Positions 19,294 to 29,736 of a stretch of 62,935 nt of DNA are shown here, piece after piece. Positions within the stretch are counted from its first letter, which is position 1, and each line of letters begins with the position of its first letter. The stretch spans positions 1-62,935 of the forward strand of contig JACREH010000026.1 in NCBI GenBank assembly GCA_016218345.1, given 5' to 3'. Below the pieces are notes generated by a model. It worked only from the letters and a program-made list of their open reading frames with translations, did no database searches and was not told where the DNA came from. This stretch comes from Gammaproteobacteria bacterium. Lineage in GTDB: Bacteria > Pseudomonadota > Gammaproteobacteria > Acidiferrobacterales > UBA6901. The position numbers and the translations under genes were made by a program.

Positions 19294-20727
19294 ATGCCCC
19301 CCTCCATTCAGCCGGTGGTCCTGTCCGGCGGCTCCGGCAGCCGACTGTGGCCGCTGTCGCGCGAGCAGTACCCGAAGCAATTGCTCGCCTTGGTGAGCGA
19401 TCGCACCCTGTTGCAGGAAACCGTGCGCCGGCTGGACGCGTTGACCGGCGCCGCGGCGCCGGTCGTGGTCTGCAACGAGGCGCACCGTTTCATGGTGGCC
19501 GAGCAACTGCGTCAGCTCGGCGGATCGCCGGCGCACATTATTCTCGAGCCGGACGGCCGCAACACCGCGCCGGCGCTCACGCTCGCGGCCTTGACGCTGC
19601 AGGGTCTTGGCCAGGACCCGGTGATGCTGGTGATGCCGGCCGATCACGTGATTCAGGACAATGCCGTGTTTTTGCAGGTGGTGCGCCTGGGCGCGGAACT
19701 CGCCGAACAGGGGCGGCTCGTGACCTTCGGTATCGTGCCGGATGTGGCCGAGACCGGCTATGGCTATATAAAGAAGGGCGCGGCCCTGGGCGCCGGACTG
19801 GATGCCTGGCAGGTGGCGGCGTTCGTCGAGAAGCCGGATACCGCGACCGCCGGCCAGTACCTCCAATCCGGGCAATATCTTTGGAACAGCGGCATCTTCA
19901 TGATGCGGCCGTCGGTATGGCTGGAGGAGTTGCAACGTCATCGTCCGGACATCGCGCGCGCCTGCCAGGACGCGATGGCCGGCGCCGTCGCCGACGGCGA
20001 TTTCATTCGCGCCGAGCGCGCCGCGTTCGGCGCCTGCCCGAGCGATTCCATCGATTACGCGGTAATGGAAAAAACCGCGCGCGCGGTGGTAGTGCCGATG
20101 GACGCCGGTTGGTCGGATATCGGCGCGTGGTCGGCATTGAGCCGGATCATTCCGCAGGACAGCGCCGGGAACGTGATCCGCGGCGATGTCATGGCGCATG
20201 CCACCCGCAACACCACGCTCATGGCCGGACACCGGTTTCTGGCCGTGGTCGGCCTGGAGGACATCATCGTCGTGGAAACCGCCGACGCGGTGCTGGTCGC
20301 GCACCGCGATCATGCCCAGGCGGTCAAGGATATCGTCGCCCGGCTGAAATCGGAGCAGCGTGACGAATATAAAATCCACCGCAAGGTCTACCGGCCGTGG
20401 GGTTCGTACGAAGGCGTGGATGCCGGCCCGGGTTTTCAGGTCAAGCGGCTGATCGTCAATCCGGGCGCGGCGTTGTCGTTGCAATTGCACCATCGCCGCG
20501 CCGAGCATTGGGTCGTGGTCAACGGTACCGCCAAGGTCACGCGCGGCGAGGAGGTGTTTACGCTCATGCAAAACCAGTCGACCTATATTCCGCCGCAGGT
20601 CAAACATCGCCTGGAAAATCCCGGAACCCAGCCGCTCGAGATGATCGAGGTACAATCCGGCGACTACCTGGGCGAGGACGACATCGTGCGCTTCGAGGAC
20701 ATTTATAATAGGTGCGAGAATCCATGA
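19294..20727 (+). CDS. manC: Mannose-1-phosphate guanylyltransferase / mannose-6-phosphate isomerase
   Basis: [16 protein letters not shown], a C-terminal cupin ([18 protein letters not shown]), and about 477 aa. Confidence 0.9.
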   Translation: MPPSIQPVVLSGGSGSRLWPLSREQYPKQLLALVSDRTLLQETVRRLDALTGAAAPVVVCNEAHRFMVAEQLRQLGGSPAHIILEPDGRNTAPALTLAALTLQGLGQDPVMLVMPADHVIQDNAVFLQVVRLGAELAEQGRLVTFGIVPDVAETGYGYIKKGAALGAGLDAWQVAAFVEKPDTATAGQYLQSGQYLWNSGIFMMRPSVWLEELQRHRPDIARACQDAMAGAVADGDFIRAERAAFGACPSDSIDYAVMEKTARAVVVPMDAGWSDIGAWSALSRIIPQDSAGNVIRGDVMAHATRNTTLMAGHRFLAVVGLEDIIVVETADAVLVAHRDHAQAVKDIVARLKSEQRDEYKIHRKVYRPWGSYEGVDAGPGFQVKRLIVNPGAALSLQLHHRRAEHWVVVNGTAKVTRGEEVFTLMQNQSTYIPPQVKHRLENPGTQPLEMIEVQSGDYLGEDDIVRFEDIYNRCENP

Positions 20728-21842
20728 AAAAGAAGGCGCTCATTACCGGCATTACCGGCCAGGACGGCGCATACCTGGCCGAATTCCTGTTGAAAAAAGG
20801 CTACGAGGTACACGGCATCAAGCGCCGCACCTCGCTGTTCAATACCGATCGCATCGATCACCTGTATCAGGACCCGCATGTCAGCCAGCGGAATTTCATC
20901 CTGCATTACGGGGACATGACCGATTCGAGCAGCCTGATCCGCATCATCCAGCAGGTCCAGCCGGACGAGGTCTATAACCTGGCCGCGCAAAGCCATGTGG
21001 CGGTGTCGTTCGAGGAGCCCGAGTACACCGCCGATTCCGACGCGCTCGGCGCATTGCGCATGCTCGAGGCGATCCGCATCCTCGGTCTCGAAAAAAAGAC
21101 CCGTTACTACCAGGCCTCGACCTCGGAGCTGTACGGCAAGGTTCAGGAGACCCCGCAACGCGAGACCACGCCGTTTTATCCGCGCTCGCCGTATGCGGTG
21201 GCGAAACTCTACGCCTATTGGATCACGGTCAATTACCGCGAGGCGTACGGCATTTATGCCTGCAACGGCATTCTGTTCAATCACGAATCGCCGGTGCGCG
21301 GCGAGACCTTCGTGACGCGCAAGATCACGCGCGCCCTGGCGCGCATCGTTCTGGGCCTGCAAGACTGCCTGTACCTCGGCAACCTCGACGCCAAGCGCGA
21401 TTGGGGGCATGCGCGCGATTACGTCGAGGTGCAATGGCTGATGTTGCAGCAGGCGCAGCCGGAGGATTTCGTGATCGCCAGCGGCGCACAATATTCGGTG
21501 CGCGACTTCGTCAACGCCGCCGCCAGCGAACTCGGCATCACCCTGGAATGGCATGGCCGCGGCGTGAAGGAATCCGGGGTGGTGGCGGCGGTCAGCGGCG
21601 AGCATGGCGACAAACTAAAGCCCGGCAGCACCATTGTGCGCGTGGATGAGCGTTATTTCCGCCCGTCCGAGGTCGAAACGCTGCTCGGCGACGCCAGCAA
21701 GGCGCGCCAAAAGCTCGGCTGGGCGCCGCGCGTGAGTTTCAAGGAACTGGTGGCGGAAATGGTCCAGCAGGATTTCAAGGCGGCACGCCGCGACGATCTG
21801 GTCAAACGCCACGGTTACGCTACCTACGATTATCACGAATAG
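20724..21842 (+). CDS. gmd: GDP-mannose 4,6-dehydratase
   Basis: [33 protein letters not shown], and [20 protein letters not shown] overlap with manC. Confidence 0.95.
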   Translation: MKKKALITGITGQDGAYLAEFLLKKGYEVHGIKRRTSLFNTDRIDHLYQDPHVSQRNFILHYGDMTDSSSLIRIIQQVQPDEVYNLAAQSHVAVSFEEPEYTADSDALGALRMLEAIRILGLEKKTRYYQASTSELYGKVQETPQRETTPFYPRSPYAVAKLYAYWITVNYREAYGIYACNGILFNHESPVRGETFVTRKITRALARIVLGLQDCLYLGNLDAKRDWGHARDYVEVQWLMLQQAQPEDFVIASGAQYSVRDFVNAAASELGITLEWHGRGVKESGVVAAVSGEHGDKLKPGSTIVRVDERYFRPSEVETLLGDASKARQKLGWAPRVSFKELVAEMVQQDFKAARRDDLVKRHGYATYDYHE

Positions 21843-21882
21843 CGTTATCGTATGACCAGACGAGCGTAGCAGGGCGACATAA

Positions 21883-22836
21883 TTGAACCCGAATTCGAAA
21901 ATCTACGTCGCCGGTCACCGCGGACTGGTCGGCTCGGCACTGGTGCGGCGGCTCGCGGCCAGTGGCTATCGCAACGTCATCACGCGCACGCATGCCGAGT
22001 TGGATCTGACCCGGCAGGACGCGGTCCAGGAATTTTTCGGCGCGCACCGGCCCGAGTACGTGTTCCTGGCGGCCGCCAAGGTCGGCGGTATTTATGCCAA
22101 CAGCACCTATCCGGCCGATTTCATCGTCGACAACCTGTTGATCACCACCAACGTCGTGCAGGCCGCTCATCGGCAACGGGTCGGCAAACTGCTGTTTCTC
22201 GGCTCGAGCTGCATTTATCCGAAGCACGCGCCGCAGCCGATGAAGGAAGAATACTTGTTGACCGGCGCGCTCGAGCCGACCAACGAGGCCTATGCGCTCG
22301 CCAAGATCGCCGGGATCAAGATGTGCGCGGCCTACAATCGCCAATACGGCACCGATTTTCTGAGTGTGATGCCGACCAACCTGTACGGCCTCGGCGACAA
22401 CTACGATCTGCAAAACTCCCACGTGCTACCGGCGCTGATCCGCAAGATGCACGAGGCCAAGCTGCGCGGTGAGCGCGAGGTCGTGGTCTGGGGCACGGGC
22501 CGGCCGCGCCGGGAGTTTTTGTACTGCGACGATCTGGCCGACGCCTGTGTGTTCCTGATGGAGCGCCACCGCGCCATGGAGATCGGCGAATTCATCAATA
22601 TCGGTGTCGGCACCGATATCACGATCCATGAACTCGCCGGGCTGGTGGCGCAGGTCGTGGGTTTCACGGGTCAGTTGGCATTCGACACCGTCAAGCCGGA
22701 CGGCACCCCGCAAAAACTCCTGGATGTATCGCGCATCCAGCGTCTGGGTTGGCGGGCCAAGACCGAACTTAAGGACGGTATTGTCCTGACCTATCGGGAT
22801 TATCTTGCCACGCTCGCGCGCGCCGCACAGAGCTAA
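21883..22836 (+). CDS. fcl: GDP-L-fucose synthase
   Basis: IYVAGHRGLVGSA, FLGSSCIYPK, and YALAKIAG. The apparent start is TTG. Confidence 0.9.
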   Translation: MNPNSKIYVAGHRGLVGSALVRRLAASGYRNVITRTHAELDLTRQDAVQEFFGAHRPEYVFLAAAKVGGIYANSTYPADFIVDNLLITTNVVQAAHRQRVGKLLFLGSSCIYPKHAPQPMKEEYLLTGALEPTNEAYALAKIAGIKMCAAYNRQYGTDFLSVMPTNLYGLGDNYDLQNSHVLPALIRKMHEAKLRGEREVVVWGTGRPRREFLYCDDLADACVFLMERHRAMEIGEFINIGVGTDITIHELAGLVAQVVGFTGQLAFDTVKPDGTPQKLLDVSRIQRLGWRAKTELKDGIVLTYRDYLATLARAAQS

Positions 22837-22873
22837 CATTTTGCATGCACGTTGTTGATCTAGTTGTTCATAT

Positions 22874-24241
22874 ATGACCGGTCAATGGCATCGAATGTCC
22901 TTGCGCTCTCATTTGTTGTCCAGCGGGTTGTGGGCGGCCGCAGGGCGGGGCTTGACCGGTCTTGCCGAACTTGCAACCTATATGCTGCTGGCTCGCCTGC
23001 TAGCGCCCGCCGAGTATGGCGCATATTTTCTGGCCATGAGCGTGGTTTTGTTCGGTGCCATGCTCGCTTCCCTCGGGCTCAATCAGGCAGCGGTGCGGTT
23101 TGTGGCCGAGGCAATCGGGCTGAATCAAGAGGCACGCGCCCGCGTATTGCTCCTGCGAATCCTTAAATTGGGACTAATCGGCTCGCTTACGGTCGCGGCC
23201 GGCTATTTTCTGGTTGGCGAACCGCTGTTGGCACTATTTCTGGATGTCCCGGCGTTGTTTGCTGTCACCGGCCTGGTAGCGTTATGGATCGCCGTGTCCG
23301 CGTTCCAGCGGCTGATAGCCGAGGGCCTCCGTGGATTCCACGATATTCGCAACGCCACGCTATTCGGCGGCTTCTTGTCCGGTGCGTTGACGGTCGGCGC
23401 GCTGGGCGTGTCGTGGGGGATGCAAGGCGAGGCGCATTTGGCCGGCGTCTTGGCCATAGTGGTGATTGCAACGGCCGCGAGTGCGCTTTTGGGTGGTTGG
23501 CGGCTGGGTCGCAGGGTAATGGCCCTGCCTGTTGCGAAGCTGCCGGTTGGCAACCGCGAGATTCTGCATGTTGCCTGGCCGCTACTGCTCACCAATCTCG
23601 CGGTGTTCGTGCTTACCCAAGTCGATCTGTGGATCCTGGCGGCGTTCCGGCCAGCGGAGGAGGTGGCCAGGTATGGTGCAGCCAGCCGCCTGGCACTCGT
23701 GACCATGGTTGTTACCTCGGTTTTATATGCGGTTCTGCCTCCTATTATCGCGCGCCAACACGCCCGACATGAAAAACACCAATTACAGCGTATCCTGCGC
23801 GCTGGCGCCACGTTCACCAGTCTCGTCAGTTTGCCGGTATTCCTGGCATTCGTCATTGCCCCGCAATGGCTGCTTGCGCTTGTGTACGGCGACTATTATG
23901 CCGACGCGAGCGCAGTGTTGGCGCTGCTCGCGACCGGTTTGTTCGTCAATGTCATCACCGGTATGCGCGGAAACGTCCTCATGATGACAGGCAATGAGCG
24001 TATTGAGCTCCAAATTTCACTGGTTGGCGGCGCGATCAATATCGCGCTCTGTTTGGTCGGAGCACACTACGGTGGCATGCTTGGCGTGGCCTTGGCCGCA
24101 ATGAGCGCCATGGTCATTCAATGCTTGATCGAAGAAGTCGCTGTTCGGCGTGTGCTCGGAATATGGACGCATGCGTCCATCAACTCGTTGAGCGATATCA
24201 GGCGTCTGTTTAATTTGCGTGGCCACGCTGTTCCGCCATGA
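22874..24241 (+). CDS. Wzx-like polysaccharide/oligosaccharide flippase
   Basis: 455 aa with about 12-14 TM helices, located in a glycan-synthesis cluster. Confidence 0.7.
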   Translation: MTGQWHRMSLRSHLLSSGLWAAAGRGLTGLAELATYMLLARLLAPAEYGAYFLAMSVVLFGAMLASLGLNQAAVRFVAEAIGLNQEARARVLLLRILKLGLIGSLTVAAGYFLVGEPLLALFLDVPALFAVTGLVALWIAVSAFQRLIAEGLRGFHDIRNATLFGGFLSGALTVGALGVSWGMQGEAHLAGVLAIVVIATAASALLGGWRLGRRVMALPVAKLPVGNREILHVAWPLLLTNLAVFVLTQVDLWILAAFRPAEEVARYGAASRLALVTMVVTSVLYAVLPPIIARQHARHEKHQLQRILRAGATFTSLVSLPVFLAFVIAPQWLLALVYGDYYADASAVLALLATGLFVNVITGMRGNVLMMTGNERIELQISLVGGAINIALCLVGAHYGGMLGVALAAMSAMVIQCLIEEVAVRRVLGIWTHASINSLSDIRRLFNLRGHAVPP

Positions 24242-25119
24242 TTGGCGCAGAGATCAAAGACTGCCGGATTTGCCAGACGTCCAGCGTGCCATATGCGCAC
24301 ACTCCCGCCGCTTACGACGTGCCAGCTGCCGAGTTGTTGAATTGCCCGCAGTGCGGACAAGTATGGAAGTCCAGGTTGCTTCATGCTCCGCGCGAGCAGG
24401 TTGGCGAGGTCGCCACTCGCGGTTTTTCTATACAGCACGCATCGTTGGTGCTGGAAATGCTTCCGCAGGCCGTGGTCCGTGCCCCCGGAATACGGGTGTT
24501 GGACGTGGGTTGCTGGGACGGCGCGGTCCTGGCAGATTTTCCGGACACGTGGATTCGCCATGGCATCGAGCCGCACCCCGGCGCAGCAGACCGAGCCATT
24601 GCGCGCGGCCTCACGGTATTTAACACGCTGGTCGAATCCGCCCCGCTCACGGCGGACTCATACGACGTCATTGTGTTGCTGGATGTGCTGGAACATCTCG
24701 CCGACCCTCTGGCCGCTCTCAATAAACTTTCGGCTGCGCTCACGTCCGGAGGCTATCTGGTGGCGCTCACTGGCAATGTTGCCAGTCGAGCGGCGCGGTT
24801 TTATAAGGGTTGCTGGTATTATTGTAACTACTCCGAGCACGTCACGTTTTTTTGCCCGGACAGCGTACGACAGGGTCTGAGTATTGCGGGCCTAGGTCTG
24901 GTCCGACTCGATTTGTGCCGCCACCACTCCGCGACTCTCGGGATAACGGTCAATCGCATGGCGCGTCGTTTGCGCACCCCTCCCGCCAGGGGTGAGGACG
25001 CCTTGCCACTGCCGATTTCAAAGTTCGATTTACTCAAGCTCGCGGCCAGCCGAATTCTTCGAGGGCGGGATCATCTGTTGTTCTTGGCACAAAAGCCTGG
25101 CCATCTCCTGCGGCCATGA
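24238..25119 (+). CDS. Class I SAM-dependent methyltransferase with N-terminal Cys4 knuckle
   Basis: CRICQ..x..CPQCG, then VLDVGCWDG motif I and VIVLLDVLEHLADP. ATGA overlap with the flippase. Confidence 0.75.
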   Translation: MIGAEIKDCRICQTSSVPYAHTPAAYDVPAAELLNCPQCGQVWKSRLLHAPREQVGEVATRGFSIQHASLVLEMLPQAVVRAPGIRVLDVGCWDGAVLADFPDTWIRHGIEPHPGAADRAIARGLTVFNTLVESAPLTADSYDVIVLLDVLEHLADPLAALNKLSAALTSGGYLVALTGNVASRAARFYKGCWYYCNYSEHVTFFCPDSVRQGLSIAGLGLVRLDLCRHHSATLGITVNRMARRLRTPPARGEDALPLPISKFDLLKLAASRILRGRDHLLFLAQKPGHLLRP

Positions 25120-25877
25120 AAATTTCGGTTATTACGGTGGTCCTGAATGCCGCCGACACCATCGAGGACACATTACGCTCGGTGGCTTCCCAAACATACT
25201 CAAGTGTCGAGCATATCGTGGTCGATGGCGGCTCGACCGACGGCACGTTAAGCATCATCGAGCGTCATCGCGGGCGCATCGCCACGCTCATTGCCGAGCC
25301 CGATCGCGGCATTTACGATGCCATGAACAAGGGCATCGATGCCGCCAGTGGCGACCTCGTCGGCATGTTGAACGCCGACGATGTCTATATCGATGAACAT
25401 GTGCTCGAAAAGATCGCACGGGCGTTCGCCGATCCCGCGATCGGCGCCTGTTACGCCGATCTGGTGTATGTCGATCGCAGCGATCTCGATAAAATCGTCC
25501 GTTACTGGCAGTCCTGCCCGTACACCGACGGCCTGTTCGAGCGGGGCTGGTTGCCGGCGCACCCGACGTTCTTCCTGCGACGCGAGCTATACCGGCGTTA
25601 TGGCGGTTTCGACCTTCGATACCGCTTCCAGGCCGACTTCGAACTGACGATGCGCCTGCTGGCGGTGCACAAGGTCCGGTCGGTGTATCTGCCCGAGGTG
25701 CTCGTCAAAATGCGCATGGGTGGGGTCAGTAACCGCAGCGTGTGGAATGTCATCCAGGGAAATCTCGAAGCCTATCGCGCCTGCCGCCTACATGGGCTCA
25801 AGGTTTCGCCGCTGTTTATCGCCAGGAAAATCCTCTCGCGCCTGCCGCAGTTTTTCCGGCGGCCACCGGTAGTGTAA
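25116..25877 (+). CDS. Family 2 glycosyltransferase
   Basis: ISVITVVLNAADTIEDTLRSV, HIVVDGGSTDGT, and NADD (DxD-like). ATGA overlap with the upstream gene. Confidence 0.85.
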   Translation: MKISVITVVLNAADTIEDTLRSVASQTYSSVEHIVVDGGSTDGTLSIIERHRGRIATLIAEPDRGIYDAMNKGIDAASGDLVGMLNADDVYIDEHVLEKIARAFADPAIGACYADLVYVDRSDLDKIVRYWQSCPYTDGLFERGWLPAHPTFFLRRELYRRYGGFDLRYRFQADFELTMRLLAVHKVRSVYLPEVLVKMRMGGVSNRSVWNVIQGNLEAYRACRLHGLKVSPLFIARKILSRLPQFFRRPPVV

Positions 25878-26041
25878 TTCACGGTAAGAAGCCGTGACCC
25901 GGGAATACGCGCGGATTCAAGGGTCGCCCGGCAATATTAGTAGTTACTTAACTACCTGAAAGTCGCCACGACACCGTTTTATTTTGTTGCCTGCCTGTTC
26001 CGCTTTACAATTCACCAACGCTGCGTGGAGGGTCGAGAGCC

Positions 26042-26425
26042 ATGTCATCGCAAACTTACCAGATCGTGTTCAGCGGCGAGATTGCCAAAGACTGCGATAT
26101 CGATATTGTAAAACGCAATCTGGCCGCGTTGTTCAAGACCGATCTGCCCGCCATCAACCGGATTTTTTGCGGTCAACCGATGGTCATTAAACGCAATCTC
26201 GATCCGGAGCATGCGCTGATGTATCTGTCCGCCATTACCCAGGCGGGGGCCGTGGCCCGGATGGAATTCATGCCGATGGCGCAACAGGCCAGCGTCGCCA
26301 TCGAACACCGCAACGCCGTGCGCCGCCTGACGACCCAGCGTCGCCAGCGTTTACGCGACGAGAGCTTCGTACCGGATCGGCGCGAGCGCTTAGATCGTCG
26401 TCACCCGGTCGATTCCCCGAAGTAA
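26042..26425 (+). CDS. Hypothetical protein
   Basis: 127-aa ORF with a basic tail and no recognisable motif. It lies between the glycan cluster and the island boundary. Confidence 0.4.
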   Translation: MSSQTYQIVFSGEIAKDCDIDIVKRNLAALFKTDLPAINRIFCGQPMVIKRNLDPEHALMYLSAITQAGAVARMEFMPMAQQASVAIEHRNAVRRLTTQRRQRLRDESFVPDRRERLDRRHPVDSPK

Positions 26426-26472
26426 CTTCGTTACCCCTCGTCTCGCGGCGGGTGTTCAATAAGGAATGGTGG

Positions 26473-26489
26473 AAATGGCTCCCCGGGAC
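26473..26489. repeat. Distal att direct repeat (copy of the tRNA-Asn 3' end)
   Basis: Identical to 43371-43387. It contains the reverse complement of the last 14 nt of the tRNA, including CCA. Confidence 0.85.
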
Positions 26490-26551
26490 TCACTCACATC
26501 GGTGAGTTAACTTATTGATTGTTAGTTTCTTTACATCAGATGGCAAACAAT

Positions 26552-26574
26552 GTGCCCCCAAATGTGCCCCCACC
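26552..26574. repeat. Two tandem copies of a GTGCCCCCAAATG-type motif (putative integrase arm sites)
   Basis: GTGCCCCCAAATGTGCCCCCACC. The same motif recurs at 43208-43273. Confidence 0.6.
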
Positions 26575-26602
26575 GTCTGATTGGTGCTGGCTCCAATTAC
26601 GG

Positions 26603-26815
26603 CTACGACCCGGCGTTCTTTCGCCCTCGATCCTGTTCGCGGAGCAACCGCGCCAATTCGCGGAGCAGGGACCGCGTACTGCCCTTGTCGGCGTTGCGCG
26701 AAACCGTCGCCTTACCTTTTGCTGTCTTTGGGCCGGTGGATCGCTCCCACGGCCTCCACTGGCGAATTAAACGTGCTTGTCGTGCCCGTCGCTCCGAAGT
26801 CCAGCCGTTCGCCAT
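26603..26815 (-). CDS. Hypothetical island protein
   Basis: 70-aa basic ORF (MANGWTSERRARQARLIRQWRPWERSTGP...). It overlaps the 3' end of the upstream gene by 104 nt in another frame. Confidence 0.35.
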   Translation of the reverse strand: MANGWTSERRARQARLIRQWRPWERSTGPKTAKGKATVSRNADKGSTRSLLRELARLLREQDRGRKNAGS

Positions 26816-27377
26816 GAGTTACCTCCAAAAGTTTGTTTGGCGGGTTTTCAGTTTCCCGCGCGCGCGAGGCTTCGCCCGCTGGGGGCAAGCCATTGTTGAC
26901 TTGCTGGTGGCCTGCCGCAATGTTCGCCTGTCGGACATACGCGCCCGCCATCGGGTTCTTTATTTCAGCCAGTGTTTCCAGCGTTGCCCGGCATTGACTT
27001 TGCGCCTTGAGCGCCAGGCGCAGGTTCACGTCAAATAGATTCAGGCGCTCGCAGTTCGAGGCCCTGCGTGCCAGCGTGTGAAAGATCGCATCCAGCGTGT
27101 GTGCCTGTGCCATGAGCAAGGCTTCCGCCCGCAAGAGGTCGCCGTTACTTGCTAGTTCGCATTGCTTGCCCAAGTCCGCTACCAGTGTATTGACTGCTAT
27201 CTCGCCGAAGGCTTTGTTGTAGTCCATCAGGGTTAGCGCGGCCTGTACCGTGGGCCGTAGCGACGTATGGGCCACCGCATCCGCCAGAGTTTCCGTTTCC
27301 TCTTGTTCAAACTCCAGCGCCGTGGGGTCCTCCGTCTGGGGCCGAAGGGGTTGTCTGGCTTTATTTTTCGTGGCCAT
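26712..27377 (-). CDS. Hypothetical island protein
   Basis: ORF with a GAGAGG SD before ATG 27377. ATG 27422 is an alternative start but would overlap the upstream gene. No recognisable motif. Confidence 0.5.
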   Translation of the reverse strand: MATKNKARQPLRPQTEDPTALEFEQEETETLADAVAHTSLRPTVQAALTLMDYNKAFGEIAVNTLVADLGKQCELASNGDLLRAEALLMAQAHTLDAIFHTLARRASNCERLNLFDVNLRLALKAQSQCRATLETLAEIKNPMAGAYVRQANIAAGHQQVNNGLPPAGEASRARETENPPNKLLEVTHGERLDFGATGTTSTFNSPVEAVGAIHRPKDSKR

Positions 27378-27385
27378 CTTGCCTC

Positions 27386-27658
27386 TCAGTGCAGCCGACG
27401 ACGTTGCAAGATCATTGCCCATGCTGTGCGCTCGGCTTCGTCGCGACTCAGCCCACCGTCAAACTCTATGATCGCGGCCCGTTCCTCGAAGGCTTCGCGG
27501 TCAATCGGTGTAGGCCCACTAGCCGCAGAAATTTGGCGCAAAGGTGCCGCCGGTGTAGCTACAAAAGGCACAAAAGGGGCTTTTGTTACTTTTGTAGCCC
27601 CGCCCCTGGGCGCATCCTGCTGGGAAATTTTCCGCTTGAGGCGGTCTAGGTAGCTCAT
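27386..27658 (-). CDS. Hypothetical island protein
   Basis: 90 aa, with an ATGA overlap with the primase gene stop. Confidence 0.5.
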   Translation of the reverse strand: MSYLDRLKRKISQQDAPRGGATKVTKAPFVPFVATPAAPLRQISAASGPTPIDREAFEERAAIIEFDGGLSRDEAERTAWAMILQRRRLH

Positions 27659-29736
27659 GCAGCCCTCGCTTTCGGATTGATCCAGTAAAGCGCCTTCGGT
27701 CTGCCGCCAGTCTCTTGCCGTTCTTCGCGCAGATAATCCAGCTCGCCGAGCAACCTAACCGCCTGGCGTGTTTCCTCGGGGTTCGACAGGAAAGCCCAAT
27801 GCTTGAGATAAACATCACGCGGCCCGAAAGGGTCAGGCACTTCACCACGCCGGATGCGGGCAAGCAACGCCCGCGCGCTCTCGGCTTCGGCCTGGATTAC
27901 GCTGGCGTATGCCCGTTGCGCATGGCTTTCGAGATACTCGGCCCAGGCCAGCGCCTTGAGCAGCGCCGTCTCGCCAATAGCGCCGCCGGCATGATCAGCC
28001 AGGTGAATCAGCAGGGCAAGCGCCGGCACGAGCTTTCGATATTTTGCCAAGTGCGACTCGAAGGCCGCATGATCATTGCCGCTGCGGATTCGGTGCTCGA
28101 AGCCCGCCCGCCATTCGGAAAATAGCTCTTGCGCCGCCTCATCGAAGCGCAGATACGGAATGACGCCATCCTCGACCGTCGCGCCAATTGCCATGGGGTC
28201 AAACGTGTCGAGCCGCTCGAAGGTCTGGTGCGCGGTCGCTTTCGCTTCGGTATCCGGCCAGCGGTCAACATCGCGCCACTCGCCCGCAATGTCCGGCCAT
28301 ACCAGCAATTGAAAGCGCGACAGCAGGCCATCACCCCCCGCGCCAGCCACGGCTTGCCGCAGATAGGTTCCGATAACGGCAGGCTGGATGCTGCCAAGCA
28401 ACGAAAGGCAGCAGGCATCAATCCGCAGATTCAACCCGCGCCCGATACGGTCGAAGGTATAGCCCTCGGTGCCACTCCATGCGGACAGGAAAAATCCCCG
28501 CGCCCCTTCGTTGCCTTCCCTGTCCAGTGACTTGAGCAGGCCGACCAGCTCATCCCGATAGGCCAGCGTGCCGTTAGGGTTGAATCGCAAAATCTCGCCG
28601 AGCGCCTCGACCGAGCAATCATTGACGACATAGCGCCGGGCCTGCGGCTCATCGTCGGTAAATTCATCGGCAAGTGCATCCGACCCGACCGCCTTCCCTT
28701 TCTTGAGTGCCTTAACAATGTTCGACCGCTCCGCCTCCCGCTTGAGTTTGAATAGCTCGTTCGCGCGCCGCCATTCGCTAACTTCGACATCGAAGTTTTC
28801 CAGCGCCGCCACTTCGAGCTTCCGCAGGGGCCGCATGGACTCGCGCAACGCGGGCGACTTCATCACGCCTGGCCGGCCAATGATCGCGCCCCACAGGTTA
28901 GGCACTTCGAGCCAGTCATCGCGACGCTTCGGCCGAATGCCGATTTTTCGCCCGACGACGGCCGACAACGAGATCATCGCGCCGACCGCCGGGAAATCCG
29001 GCGGGCACTGCACGCGCTCGGCGATGTCCTGAATCCACAGCCGCAATGAATCGGGCAGCAGATCAAAATCGAATGCCTTGACCGGCGGCAGTGCATCGGG
29101 CAGCGGCATCGGGACGGGCCACGTCTCTTTCTGATCGGCGTGGGTAGTCAGTTTGGGTAGCGCCTCTATATCGTCCTTGACCGCCCCAGGATGCACAGCC
29201 AGCCATTCCATCACATCCTCACCCTTGCCGAGCCCGAGCCTGTCCACGTCCAGGCACTCGATGCGGCACCCCAAGCTGAGGAGGATGTCGGTGACTTCGC
29301 CTGCGTAACTCTTGCCGGGGTCGTCATTGTCCGGCCAGATCACTACGTTACGGCCGCGCAACGGTTCCCAGTCGGCTTTATCCGCGCCCGTTGCGCCGCC
29401 GCTGGTCGTTGTTACCAGGCCGAGCTTGTTGAGTGCATCGGCCTTTTGCTCACCTTCGACTATCCAGACAATGGCGTCGGGATCGCGGGCAATGTAGTGC
29501 AGGGCATATAGTGGTTTGCCGTTCGGGTATTTCGGCTCGGCCAGATCGAAGTCTCCGCCGTTCAGCTTCATGGGCCGAATCCACTTATCCCCCGTGTCAG
29601 GGTGTTTCGCCCGGATGCGCCAATGCAGCGGGTTCCCGTTCACGTCGGTATAGGCGTGCAGTGCTTCGGGTTGGTAGCCATCACGGATTGCGGTGGCCGC
29701 CAATCGTCGTGCGGCCTGTTGAGGAGTTTCGTTCAT
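27655..29736 (-). CDS. Toprim-domain primase fused to a DUF3987-like helicase/ATPase domain
   Basis: Toprim signature IVWIVEGEQKADAL...VVIWPDNDDPGKSYA, then a large C-terminal domain (IGRPGVMKSPAL looks like a P-loop). Start at MNETPQQ with a GGAGG SD. Confidence 0.8.
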   Translation of the reverse strand: MNETPQQAARRLAATAIRDGYQPEALHAYTDVNGNPLHWRIRAKHPDTGDKWIRPMKLNGGDFDLAEPKYPNGKPLYALHYIARDPDAIVWIVEGEQKADALNKLGLVTTTSGGATGADKADWEPLRGRNVVIWPDNDDPGKSYAGEVTDILLSLGCRIECLDVDRLGLGKGEDVMEWLAVHPGAVKDDIEALPKLTTHADQKETWPVPMPLPDALPPVKAFDFDLLPDSLRLWIQDIAERVQCPPDFPAVGAMISLSAVVGRKIGIRPKRRDDWLEVPNLWGAIIGRPGVMKSPALRESMRPLRKLEVAALENFDVEVSEWRRANELFKLKREAERSNIVKALKKGKAVGSDALADEFTDDEPQARRYVVNDCSVEALGEILRFNPNGTLAYRDELVGLLKSLDREGNEGARGFFLSAWSGTEGYTFDRIGRGLNLRIDACCLSLLGSIQPAVIGTYLRQAVAGAGGDGLLSRFQLLVWPDIAGEWRDVDRWPDTEAKATAHQTFERLDTFDPMAIGATVEDGVIPYLRFDEAAQELFSEWRAGFEHRIRSGNDHAAFESHLAKYRKLVPALALLIHLADHAGGAIGETALLKALAWAEYLESHAQRAYASVIQAEAESARALLARIRRGEVPDPFGPRDVYLKHWAFLSNPEETRQAVRLLGELDYLREERQETGGRPKALYWINPKARAA

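Noticed and set aside
26550-27038. 162-aa plus-strand ORF beginning in the GTGCCCCCAAATG repeats.
   Set aside because: It starts in the att-proximal repeat region and is antisense to two minus-strand island genes that show operon-style coupling.
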